DNA from: Ginglymostoma cirratum
Taxonomy: Eukaryota
Length of the DNA: 64,000 nt
Direction of reading: 5' to 3'
Assembly (NCBI GenBank): GCA_024137785.1
Contig: JAHRHZ010000070.1
Coordinates: 13,026,570 to 13,090,569 of the forward strand
Shown here: in pieces, positions 40,857 through 53,430 of the stretch
Layout of the letters: every line of letters starts with the position of its first letter
Position numbering within the stretch: the first letter of the stretch is position 1
Program-made: the position numbers and the translations under genes
The notes under the pieces: generated by a model
The model's input: only the letters and a program-made list of their open reading frames with translations
What the model was told of the DNA's origin: nothing
The model's database searches: none

Positions 40857-40889
40857 TTGAGCTGATATATCCGTTATAGCCATATTTAG
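40857..40889 (-). CDS. KCNMA1: KCNMA1 33-nt alternative exon: (P)KYGYNGYISS(I)QDENPS
   Basis: Minus strand reads ttttttgcattgtcttcag|CTAAATATGGCTATAACGGATATATCAGCTCAA|gtaagt. Both splice sites are strong, it is phase-1 symmetric, and it resembles the recalled avian insert PRYGYNGYLSTIQDENPS. Confidence 0.9.
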
Positions 40890-42399
40890 CTGAAGACAAT
40901 GCAAAAAATGACAGGTTAAAAGATGCAGGAAACAAGAATTATGTCTCATGAAAGGTCATTGGAAGCACAGAAGTAAAATCAATACAAGGGACCTTAAGTT
41001 TTAAAATGTTGGTGCTGATAATGCACTCTGCCCAGTGCTTTGCTATTTGCCTCTACATATAAAGTAGCTTTTACACAAAGTGGTCACTGATGTACAGAGG
41101 TGACATTCTTACCAATAAATTCAACAACACAACATCAAAGATATCCTAAATACGACACATGTTGCACGTCTCATAGCGAAATTCAAAAGTCTTTAAGCCA
41201 TTACATTTTTTTACTTGCATCTGTAGCACTCAGAATAAATGCCAAGGTGCTGCCCACCTCTGCTAAGCTTGTTATAAAGGTTGGTACACATTTCCACTTT
41301 CCATTCCTTGCCCCACGAAACATTAATACCAACAGGAGGGACAGGTCATACGCTGACAGTTGGGAGACAAGCCACTTTCTGAAGTCAAATCAAATTTCAC
41401 TTGAGCTTTCCTGTCAGCTACAGACTGAACCAGAAAGAATGCTGGGAAAATTCCTTGAAAGCAGAACGTAGAGCAAGGAAAGGGCTGTGAAGAGGAGAAA
41501 ACTACATTTTTCAGCAAAGGGGAACACCCCTAGGTGAAGCATCAGGTCATATTTTTAAAGATTAGACTCAAAGAATTTCAATGAAAAATTAGCTTAATGC
41601 CAATTATACTGAAGAAACGTAATAATGCAGGAAAGCAGTGCTGAACTGAAGGACTACAGAGATAACAAAATTGTTTACAAAACAATGACATACCTGAGCA
41701 GTTATTGCTAACCGGATTTCCTTGTCAATCTAAGTAACTTTTGCTTTCAGTATGGGATTCGACTCTGGAGATAATGTTAGCAGAAGAACTGCCTCACTAA
41801 AATTACTGAATTCAGTGCTGACATGGGCAATTGATGTCTGCATCTAGATAGCCTGGGTAGAACTCTGCTTCTAATACAGGCTGACTTGAGGGAAGGGAAC
41901 AGGAGCTGAAATTTGCTTTGAGCCTGCTCTGGATGAAGGTTTGTACTAGTCCATAAAAGCTTTTGTTTTATTCACAAAAGGTCACTCTTTGGACTGAAGG
42001 CAGGACTCTGACAGAAATGTTCCCAGGAAACAGTTCTTGTCCTGGCATCTGTCGCTTGGAATAGTCCGGAGCGAAAGAGCTCTGAAAAATAACTGCCGAG
42101 CATCTGTCTTGCACAAAAAATGTTGAGAGGAATCTGCTGCCTGGTGGTAAGAAACTGTCAGGGTGCGTTTCATGACAACCAGCAGCACTCAGAAAATGAA
42201 AATGCAAACATAATTTCCATGTCACCACATATAAACCCTCCACTGAATTCACAGCAGAAGATGCAGACAGCATCATTTCCAGCCTGTCCACATCACAACA
42301 AGCCACTTGCTGTTTAGTTTTCAGTGACCCTAGTAAGCAACACTGTAGTAACAAGCCCATGCTAACAAATGCCTTCAGCATTTGAAATTCTTGACCTCT

Positions 42400-42760
42400 C
42401 TTAGAATCAGTGAGTTATACAGCACAGAAACAGATCCTTCAGTCCAACTCCCCTACGCTGACCCAATATCCCAAACTGGTCTTGCCCCATTGCCAGCATT
42501 TGGCCGATATCCATCTGAACCCTTTCTATTCACGTACCTGTCCAGGTGCCTTTTACATGTTGTAATTGTACCAGCCTCCACCATCTCCTCTGGCAGCTCA
42601 TCCCTTACACAGATCACCCGCAGTGTGAAAAAGTTGCCCTTTAGGTCCTTTATAAATCTTCCCCCTCTCATCTTAAACCTATGCCCTCTGGCTTTGGACT
42701 CCCTTAACTTGGGGGAAAAAACCTCGGTTACTCACTTTATCCATGCCCCTCATGATTTTC
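42400..42760 (-). mobile_element. CR1 LINE 3' end
   Basis: ORF 42453..42671 RGGRFIKDLKGNFFTLRVICVRDELPEEMVEAGTITTCKRHLDRYVN. Confidence 0.9.
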
Positions 42761-43249
42761 TTGAAGCCCCAGTCTCTCTTCCAGTTGGCCTACACAGGTA
42801 GTTGTTTAAATGCCATTTTGATGCAAAGACCCCTTTAAATTGGTGTTAAGACTAGTTTTGTAATTTAACTGTATTAATATGTCATATATCATTTGGATTT
42901 AACAAACAGCACCTAATATGTTGAACTTGTATTGTTACACACAAATAAGTGCACATGTGAACATGTTCAAGGTTCCCTTCCAAGCAACATTCCATTTTCA
43001 CATGGAAATAAAATTCCCTACTAAACACCAAAATTGTAAAGATGAGATCAGGGCAGCTACAGAATAGGAAATAAATGTGGCCTTAGAAAAATCACTCATC
43101 CTAAAAACAAACATCACAAGATAAGCGCAGACAACAAACAAACAACTTGGGCTAAGATGCTTCATTTAATCTTTTAACTAAAGGCAAAATACTTGTCTGT
43201 CCTAAACCTTAACGCTCAGCAATTTACTTCAACCTATACCTAGAAAAAT

Positions 43250-43655
43250 GAAAAGCAGAATACGGTGGATACTACAAATTTGAAATAAAAACAGAGAAGT
43301 GCTAGAAATACTCAGCAGGCCAGGCAACATCTGTGGATGGAGAAATGAAATTAAAAAGTTTTACATCTTGACCCTTCATTAGCACTGGGAAAAGTTAGAA
43401 ATGGAATAGGTTTTGAGCAAGGGAGTGGGTGGGACAAGGACTGAAAGAAAGTCTGTGAGAGAAGAGATTTAATGACAGAACAGTTGGTCTTTGAACTACA
43501 GGGAATTATTTACTTCTTACTCAAAATATATTATATTCCTAACTTCTCTCAAGTGTAATAATAGGTTTCAGACTCTGAAATATTAACTCTCCTTTCCATC
43601 CAACAGACGCTGCTTGACCTGCTGAGCATTTCCAGCACCTTCTGATTTTGTATAA
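43250..43655. mobile_element. Penelope-derived element with inverted pseudo-LTR copies
   Basis: gtgctagaaatactcagcaggccaggcaacatctgtggatgga (about 43298-43341) is an imperfect reverse complement of ttccatccaacagacgctgcttgacctgctgagcatttccagcac (about 43594-43638). Confidence 0.75.
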
Positions 43656-45367
43656 GAATGATTTATTGCCATTTCTCAATCTAAATATGTCACAATCAAT
43701 TTCAAACTGTAGTTTTCTGCCCTGATATGTGCATAACATGAAAGCATAGGCAGACAAATTAATCCAACATGCTTTCATGATAAAAACTTGCACTGAAGTT
43801 GACTTTTTGAAATAATTATAGCATGAAAGAAATTTAACAATGAGTAGGGCTGTTACAGCATTCATTTCCCTCAAACCCAATAAGGTTTGTCTGTAGTTCA
43901 TACTGAGCTCCCAGATGTACTAAGTACGAGACAATGGAGCATATGATACTCTTATTTGTATGGCATGTGCATGTCAACTCTAACATTTTATGTAGTTATT
44001 GGTAAAATGGTAGGACAAAGCAAAATGTGCGATTTACATCCTTGATTGCTCAATGTTACTGAATGTTTGTTAAGTAAACATACACAGTACATTCACCTGT
44101 ATTGTGTGACTACACAAGGTGTCTTCTACTAACATCATGCTGATGAAACTATGTTGTTATGGCCACATCTGTGACTAGTCAGAATTTTCAAAGAGAATTG
44201 GACAATGCTGCTTTAAAAGCTTTACTAAGAGATAATCAGGGAACAAGGCATGGATTCTGTAGCTGGCACTACTGCTATTCCTGTACCATGTTGATATGTG
44301 CTAACATGTTGGCATATCTGTATCTCTGCAATATCATATATTCTTTAACCTGCCAAATATTTTGCACGCTTGACAAAATAATGAGTTACTCTCTATGGAC
44401 CAATAACATTTCTACAGTTTTACTTACTCAGAGTTCAAAGGCATAATTGTGTTGATGAATGCACCTTTAGCTTGTACTAATGCAAAAACATTTGCATCAA
44501 TCATTCCACCAGGAATTACTGAGTAGCTAAAAGATAGGAAGACTGCTCTATGTGACAATTCTCCTGCTCATCCATTTCCCAGTAGCTTCCCCTCATTTCC
44601 AATCTGGTATAGAATAATGAAATGTGAGTCAATTATGATTTTTAATCTGCTACTAAACTAATCTATTTTCCTTTGAGGACAAGATTTGTTAATGTTGTAC
44701 TGCTGAAGTAACAGTATCGCTATATTAAGTCATCTAACTGTCAGTGTCATTAAAAGATTACTATGGAACTGTGAAGGTTGCAAACTGAGTGGAACAATTA
44801 AATAGCACAGGGGCCTTCCAATTCAAAGAATCTAGTCTGACCTAGGCTGCTCGAGTAAAAGATGCCTCTCCCGGATACTTGTAGAGGGTCTTTGTGAAAT
44901 GATTTTTGACAATCTCAACCAAGTTCTCATTGTGTATCAACACACATCTATGAAAATTGACAATAATTTAGGCACCAGTTAGCAACTGCACTTATCACGG
45001 GTCATGACAATATTACATCGGACAAGTGAATGGTCTTCTGATTCCACGCCAGTGTTCTGATCACTCAAGAGATAAAGGAAAACATTTAAGTCCTGGATGT
45101 AGTGGAGAAAAGAGCCGTGTGACAAATCCCTCCTTGTTGGCAACTGATTTGTGAAGGAGGACTTTTATTTTAAATTGGTCTTTCAGGCTTGAAAAGAACA
45201 GAAGAGAATCTTCCAGATACTAAGTGCTATAGAAAAGGGAAATTTGAAAAAAATGCTTCAAATTGCACCACAACAATAGGAGATGGAATAGGTTCAAGCT
45301 AGGAAAAAGCAGATTTAGGAATGACTAACATTTGGAATAGACTTTTAGGTCAGGCAAAGTTCATTTA

Positions 45368-45548
45368 CAGAATAAAACAGCAAAAGCTTGAGAAACTCAG
45401 CATGTCTAGCAACATCTGTGAGAAACAGAGTCATACCGGGCTCAAAACATTAACTCTGTGTCTCTCTCCAGAGATGCTGCTAGACCTGCTGAGCTTTTCC
45501 AGCATTTGCAGTTTCTATTTCAAGTCTCCAGCATCTGCTGTACTTTAC
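45368..45548. mobile_element. Penelope-derived short palindromic element
   Basis: aaactcagcatgtctagcaacatctgtgagaaacagagt / actctgtgtctctctccagagatgctgctagacctgctgagcttt form inverted arms around a loop of about 20 nt. Confidence 0.7.
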
Positions 45549-45819
45549 TCTCATTTAAGGTGATGGATGACTGCAGACTATTTTAAAAAGATGACTTAGA
45601 ATTCATTGAATAGTTTTTTTTCAGCTTTTTCCACCTTGTGGCTGGATCAATAATGCTGTTCATTGCTGTTGTATGCATCCTCAGCACTAGCAACCTTCAA
45701 TATGATGATCATAAAGATGCAAGACATCCTTTCACCCTCACCCCACATACACCCACAACAAAACTGAAACATTTTTAACAGGTGAACAAAGTCTTGTTGG
45801 GGTAACAGTTACTTTGAAG

Positions 45820-46040
45820 GGATCAGTTAGGTCAGATGGTTTGTGGCTGGTCTGGTATGCAGGCTAATGTCAACAGTGTGGGTGGGTTCATTTCCTGCAC
45901 CAGCTGAGGTTACAATGAAGAACTCACCTTCTCAACCTCTCCCCTCACCTGAGACATGGTGACTCTCAGGTTAAACCACCATCAGTCGTCTCTCTCTAAC
46001 GAGTGAACAACTTTACGGTCCTGTAGGACTATGGCATCCT
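45820..46040 (+). mobile_element. tRNA-derived SINE
   Basis: A-box-like cagttaggtcagatggt and B-box-like gggttcatttcc, followed by the body ctcaggttaaaccaccatcagtcgtctctctctaa. Confidence 0.6.
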
Positions 46041-47694
46041 CACCCCTATTTTACTGAAGGTTATGTTTCTCGGGAAGTTGGTGGATATATACATTTTATA
46101 TCCTGTGATTTATGGTCAGAGGCCAGTTGGGGAAAAATCAATTTTGTGTCATGAGCAAGTGGGTGTCTGAAAACAAACTCCCAAGAATCACACCTAATTG
46201 GGTTCCACTTCCATAATACCAGTGAACTGCATATTTTACTTGGGCTTCGTAATGCAGCTCATCAGTCAAAGAATTTCCCAAATTGTCTGATTCAGTCAGT
46301 GAGCGCATGTGTATATGTTCTGGAGGAGGGACGGCAGAGCCGAAAGTACTCTTGCTCCTCCTGGCTTTACACAGGAACAAGTTTTCAAAATAAAATCAAC
46401 ATGCTTTTCTATCAGTGGTCCCTAGTCATCATTTTAAGGACCAGTGGTTAGACAGTGCAGCAAGTGGAAAAAAAATGGAGTGGGCTACATATGGTGTGTA
46501 TTCAATGCTATTTCAGGCAGATTACACAGCGTAGCGCAAAATCAGTGATAGGTTTCACCATTAGCAGATCGACATGATTTTAAATAGTGGTGCTAAGAAG
46601 ATGGTGCATGTGAGTACAAGTTTATGGAAAATGTCATATTATTAAATCTCGATGTAATGTTTATGCTTTTCAATACTCAAATGCTAACAAAAATGGAATA
46701 GAAGTCAGATTGAATAAGATTATAATAAAGCTTTGGCAGTTAGTCTAACATGAAGACTAGGTCACTCCAGCTACATGCAATCCAATCCTGATAAAGACAT
46801 AATCAATCTGCCAAGTACTAGTCTACTTGGCTCAAGAGTGTGCTTCGATCAGGGATTTTATTTAATAAGAGTGAATAGGAACCGTACTCTGTAATCATCC
46901 ATTTGGAACAGGATTCTTGAATAACATCAGTAAATAGACAGGGAAACCTATAACTATACTGGGTAAAGGTAATTATGCATCAACACATAGTAAGGACATA
47001 TATACATTGGCTATATCTGTATACTATACATTGGAACTCTGCAGCTGAGCGGGGGTTTGAATGCAACAATGATTACTGAAAATTCTACACCGCAACTCTG
47101 TACTTCAATCAGTATTCATAAATGATAGGGATAATACACTCCAGCTCTATACTTTGAACAAGACTTGTACACAACAGGAGTGCTCATTAACGTGTCTTCA
47201 CTGTTAGCAGCCCATTTTTCTGTGATTAAGTTTTCAATTTAATATAAATTCCCTCTCTGTGATCCCATCAGAAAGGTGATACAGCTTACCAATCCCTTTG
47301 GCAACACAGATAGGATTTAATACTGCCAATTCACTTCAAAAGTCCTTGACATCACCTATTTATTCATGTTGTGACTTGGGAAATTTATTTTCTTAATTGG
47401 TTATGGTTTTACTGTTCTTAAAATTGCCCTCTATTTAATGAACATTGCCTTGATCATGCCCTCTGCATGACTAACCTGCTCCCAGTGCACTCTCAGGGTT
47501 GCTCATAAGCAATCAGGACGAGCCTGAATAAACTGGTTGCAAGGTAGGACTGTACGTTACTGAATTAAATCAGTCTGGCCCTCAAGCCTGCTCTGCCATT
47601 CAGTAAGATCATGATTGGATTTATAGTGCATCTTCACTTTTCTACCTCTGTTCCATATCCCCAAATACCTTCGCCTATCAAAAAAATGATATAC

Positions 47695-48525
47695 TTTTTA
47701 TACATTTGTGGGATGTGGGCGTTGCTGGCTGGGCCAGCATTTATTCCCCATCCCTAGTTGCCCTTGAGATGGTGAGCTGCCTTTTTGAACTGCTGCAGTC
47801 AATTCAATGTAGGTTGACCCACAATATTATTAGGGAGCGAATTCTGGGATTTTGACCCAGTGACACGGAATGAACAGCAAAACATTTCCAAGTTAGAATG
47901 GTGGGTAGAATGGTGAGGGAAATTTGCAGGTGATGGTGTTCCCATGTATCTGTTGCCACTGTCCTTTTGAGTGGTAGCAACAATGGATTTGGAAGGTGCT
48001 ATCTAAGGACCATTCATGAATTTCTATAGATGATAGATCCTGCTATTACTGAGCCTCTGTGGTAAAGGGAGAGAATGTTTGTGGATGAGGTGCTAATCAA
48101 ATAGGCTATTTTGTCCTCAATGGTGTCAAGCTTCATCCGCATTGTTGGAGCTGCACCCATCCAGACAAGTGGGGTAAGGCCCATCACATTCCTAACTTGT
48201 GCCTTGTTGATGGCAGACAGGCTCTGGGGAGTCGAAGGTGAGTTACCCATTACAGGATTCTTAGCGTATGACCTGCTCTTGTACCTACTGTATTTATATG
48301 ACTAGTTTAGTTGAGCCTCTGGTCACTGGTAACCCCAGGATGTTGATAGTGGGGGATTCAGTAATGGCAAAGATATTGAATGTCAAGGGGTGATGGTTAG
48401 GTTCTTTCTTGTTGAAGATGTTCATTGCCTGGCCCTTCAGTAATGCAAATATTACTTGACATTTGTCAACCCAAACATTGATATTGTCGAGATCTTGCTA
48501 CATTTTGACATCGACTGCTTGAGTC
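47695..48525 (-). mobile_element. CR1-group LINE 3' fragment, same family as 16575-18450
   Basis: ORF 48014..48250 SPSTPQSLSAINKAQVRNVMGLTPLVWMGAAPT..KLDTIEDK; 3' end gggatgtgggcgttgctggctgggccagcatttatt. Confidence 0.85.
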
Positions 48526-51500
48526 ATATGGTTAATACCATTGCTTTCAATCTTGAAACAGCCACTTATCTCAGCATCCACAGCCTTTCGGGAGAGTGAA
48601 CTCGAGACTTCCATGACCCTCGTTGCACACTTTTTTTGTCTTCTAATCACCACGTACTAGGGAAATCGCAACGATTCTCTGAGAATCACAGGCCTAGCGA
48701 ATGGGGGTCAATATTGTGGATTGAATGTTAGGCTGCCCCTGAAGGCTTTGAAGGCCCTGGAGGCAGGCATTTCACAGGCCCGCAAGCCTCCCTGCCTCAC
48801 ATGTGAAGCACGACCAACTATTGCCTTATAGAGAGACTCCCACACCCAACCTCCCTTCCTACAGTGTTGGTCTGGCTGCTAGATTTTTCAAAAGGTGCCA
48901 GAGATAGCATTTTCTTGGTAAAGCACCCTCTCAGTCACCTAACTAAGGTGGCTGCTTCTATGAAGCTAGAATGCCACAGGTTAGCCTTTCAGATTCAAGA
49001 GCCACCATCCCCACCCTTAACTTGACTGGAACACCATCTCTATGCCAATTAAAGGATCTCCTATGCGAAAATCTGATATTTTGTCTTTTTCCCTCAGAAG
49101 GCAAGGAAACATATCCCACCTCAATGGCAATAATTCAGCTGTGCACGTCTCTATGCTGCGCTAATATTTATTCATGTCACTGTTCTCCAGACTAGGTTAT
49201 TAAACTAACTATGTTCCAGTGCATAGTTCTGTTTGGTTTTGGAATTATTGTTCTTCTTGGGGAAAAGCTGTCTTAACACAAGAGATGAGAATGGAATTGC
49301 AGACTGCTAACCCAACGCAAAGCTTTTGTCAACAGTGCTGCATTATCAAGAGTAAATGAGCAGCCTTGATGACCCATTAATCCTCAGTTCTTTGGGAAAA
49401 AGGTACCTTGCCACTATTCTGTAGAAAAAAAATAATGTGAGAAGGAAAGGCTGCAAAATGAGACCACTGGGGTTATTTGCAATCCATACCAGCAAGGACA
49501 CAATGGACTGAATTGCCTCCTTCCATGCAACAATGTCTGTAACATGATCTTTCCACTTTCTGAAAGCTTACTTTTGAACACCGGCTCAATGTATGCAATA
49601 AAGTAGGTGTAAACCCCTGTTCATAGTACCCTAAAGACAAGTTGTCTTGTCTCAAATCGGGTAGTAGAAAGTGAAGGAAGAGGCAGAGAGATGGTTCTTT
49701 GCTGTAGCAGTGAAGAATCCATGACAAACCTCACCAATTAGAAATTGTCATTGTGTGCAAAAGCCTGAAAATCAAAATTCCATTTTAAAAAGGATCTCCT
49801 AACGATTTAGGGAGGGTTGCAGATTGCCACTATCCTTTGTGTGAAGGATACAGACAGAATGAAGGCAGAATGAAAGTGTCTGAAACAAGGGAACAAATGG
49901 TATCGCTGATCACCCAAGTGAAAATTGACAGGGATTGGATGGAGGGTGAGATCTAAGAGGGATCTGAAAGCAATGGTATAGATCTTAAAATCTAAAAATC
50001 CAACTTGCTGTGATGTGAAAGACCAATGGAAACTGCAAAGGAGTTGGGCCTTGGGAGAGAAATAGGGAGGAGAGAGAGAGGTGGGGACATTGGGATTGTG
50101 TTGTGTGTATAGTATTTTGTGGCAGTTAAGATTCCAGACTGACTATCTGGAGTAAAGGTTAGTTGGACACAGGAAGAATTAAGCCTCAAGACACTGTGTT
50201 TTGGCTTGAATCCCTGAGCTTAACAATAAGTTTAGGATCTGCCATCTGAGCAACAGAAAACAGTAATACAAGCATGAAACACCAAAAGGTGCCTCAGACT
50301 CGCACTGACTTTTCCCATTCACATCATCAACTGGAACAGACTATACCCAACAGGATTTTGGCAAACTAAACCAATTTTAGTCCTTATTTAATTAGGTTGA
50401 GCTACACATGGAAATGTGTGCTACACTTTAAGAAATTAGGTGCAGCTTGTGTTTTCATATTTGATTTTTCATGTTTTACATTCACACAAGCCAACTGCCA
50501 CTTTGTTCCCTCTCGATGTATGTGAAAATCAGCTTCCAGATGCCTGTACATATTGTCAACAAAATCCTGTTTGCAAAATGTCCCAGTTCTTTGGACCGCG
50601 ACTGCAGTGTAAATACACCAGCTTTTATTTAAATGTCACCAAGATGTGTGATTGTCTTTTCTGTAAATACAAGGAAGAAGGGCCTCTTGAAACAGATACA
50701 GATTTCTATAAATTAAAATACAGCTTTGTTTGGGGAAGTCTTGACTATTTAGTGTACAGGGAAAATGGCAAGACAAAAAAAAAGGAGCATATCTCAAGTC
50801 TTATAAATTGGTTGCTTAATTGTGACTATCCTTCATGTGCTTGTTGTACTCAATATTAACTATTACCACACATAAACATGGACAACAGGCAGCTTTTTGT
50901 TCACTTGGCATCCTGGCTTCTTTTGCAGAAAAAGTTTAGTTGTATAAGAGCAATCCAAAGTGTCCAGGGTCTAGATTTCAATGTGTGAATCCTCTGACTT
51001 GCCTTTGAAATGCAGTATGTACATTGAAGATGGGCCAGGAAACGTCCAATGTAATTATTGTGTTTGCCAGTTTGTGGAACCGGCTATGTGATCTTACTGA
51101 AATATCAAAATTGTGTTGTAATGAAAGAAAATTGTCTGACAAAACCATGGAGTGTGCTAACGTTACTGGGGTCCATACTGAAACCAAGCCAAGTAATGAT
51201 ATAATGGGCTTTAATGAGTATCTAGGGAAGCAATCTAGTACCACAGTGAAAGACAAAGGGCAAAAAGCATCATAGCTGAACTGACACTAATTCAAGCTGA
51301 TTGTCAGAGCAGCTGAAGAATGTAAGAAAGGAAATGTGATCTGTACATTTGACCTCTCTTTGATTCCATCCCCCACTGCTGCCATTTCTAATTGTCAAGT
51401 AGTCAACATTTCACATCTGCTCATATTAATTTAATGAAAATCTGAATCTCACCATTCAGTGTCCTTTCTTTTCCCCTTGATTTCATGAACTGTTTCAGTT

Positions 51501-51932
51501 AAGCAGTCCCTGAACTATCCTGCTTTCCATACATGTATTTTGTTCCTACTGGATTTACAGTATTACTCAACAGCTATTCATCAGTTGAGCAATTGGAGCT
51601 TTTCCTCCTGAAGCAAGAGGAATGTTTGCAGTTTATCAACAAATATGTGTAAACAAAAAACAAGTGCAGCCCAAATAAAATGGAAAGCAAAGTTCACAAT
51701 AAGTCGAAAATAACGTGAGTTTTCATTCGAGATAACTTCAGCAGTCTATGCGCATCTGAGTATAACAGTTGAAGTATAGGTCAGTTTGAAAGCAGAATCT
51801 GTTTAGGGAATTTCAGTTTAAATTGTTGCATCTTTCAGGGGAAGTGACATCTGCTTATGGGATTCACTTTCAGGCTAATAAGGCATAAAAGTACTGATTT
51901 AATGCCTATGCTTACATAGTTTTACAGAAAAT

Positions 51933-52061
51933 TTTCTGAAAAAGGGTCTAGGCCCGAATCGTCAGCTTTCCTGCTCCTCTGATGCTGCTTGGCCTGTTGT
52001 GTTCATCCAGCTCTACACCTTGTTATCTCAGATTCTCCAGCATCTGCAATTCCTACTATCT
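51933..52061 (+). mobile_element. Penelope-derived short element with a degenerate hammerhead-like head
   Basis: ctgaaaaagggtctaggcccgaatcgtcagctttcctgctcctctgatgctgcttggcctg...ctccagcatctgca. Confidence 0.75.
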
Positions 52062-53004
52062 ATTGATTATTTTAAAGTTATCTTTTCCAGCTAGCCTGTC
52101 ATCTTCCAAAACCTGAAACTCTGCTGCCTCGTTCATCACACAGAATAATCCCTGCTGATACACATATCTGTTCTCCCTCACACACACAATTCATCCCAAT
52201 TCCCATGCATTTACACTTCAAATTTCCAACCCAATACTGAAATCAACTCAAAACCTTGCCTGTCCTAATTTCTGTAATCTCTTTCTGCTCCTCAACTCCT
52301 TTCCATACCATGCACTCAAATGAAGCATTCAAGAGAGCACTAGATTATTAGTTGGATATAAATAATATGCAAGCGTTTAGGAAAAAAAGCAGGAAATTGG
52401 GAAGTAGGTAATGATGCTCATTTGGAGAGTCAGAGCAGACAAGGTGGGCCGAATGGCTAACACGTCTATGATTCTGACCACTCCATCTCCTTCTGCATGT
52501 TCACTCATTCTGTCTTTGCTCCTTGATAGCTGTTGTTCAGCCGTATGGCTTTTGATCTCTGGAATTCTCCCTTTAAACCCCTCTGTCTCTCCATGTTCCT
52601 CTCCTAGATGAAGGCCCTCATAAGATCTTGCTCTTTGATGAAGCATGTGGTCATCATACCTGATCTATGCTCTTTTAAGAGTCTATTTCCTTCATGCTAC
52701 AGTGTAGTCTCGAGACATTTTCCACATTAAATCCGCAAGTTAAATTTTCCATGGGATATGGTTTAAAATGAGTAACGTGAAGAGGAATGGGTTCAAAACT
52801 TCTACTTGTTCTGTGATGTAGAAAGGCTGATCTGAGTTACACTGCCAAACTTCCCATCATCCACTAGTTAAGAAAAGCTGAGCACTGTCCATATTGGTGC
52901 AGAGCTCTGTTCAACAAGTTACAAATATTGGTTATATTTTAATGTTTGTGAATGGACTGAAATGTTAAACATGTTAATTTAGTGTTTATTAGTTTAATGG
53001 ATAG

Positions 53005-53430
53005 GGAAGTCATTGGCAGGCCAGCATTTATTGCCTGTCCCTAGTTGCCCCTGAAAAGGTAGTGGTGAACTGCCTCCTTGAACCTCTACAGTCTGTGCAC
53101 TGTAGGTAGACCCGCAATGCCACTAGGAAGGGAGTTCCAGGACTTTGACCCAATGGCACCAAAGGAAAGGCTAAATATTTCCAAGTCAGGATGGTGAGTG
53201 GCTTGGAGGGGAACTTGCAGATTGCGGCATTCCCATGTATCTGCTGCCCATGTCATTCTAGATGGGAGCAGTCATGGGTCTATAGGGTGCCTTCGTGAAT
53301 TTCTGCAGTGCATCTTGTAGACCGTATACATTGCTGCTACTGAACGCCAGTGGTAGAGGTAGTGGATATTCATGAATGCAATGCCAATCATGCAGGCTGC
53401 TTTGTCATGGATGGTGCCAAGCTTTGTGAC
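53005..53430 (-). mobile_element. CR1-group LINE 3' end, same family as 47695-48525
   Basis: gccagcatttattgcctgtccctagttgccc...ccaagtcaggatggtgagtggcttggaggggaacttgcag...ttcccatgtatctgctgccc is shared with the other copies. Confidence 0.85.

Noticed and set aside
41690-42381. Overlapping minus-strand ORFs (137 aa and 68 aa) with a downstream CAG|gtatgt donor
   Set aside because: Stop codons interrupt every frame linking the acceptor and donor in phase 1, and there is no recognisable domain.
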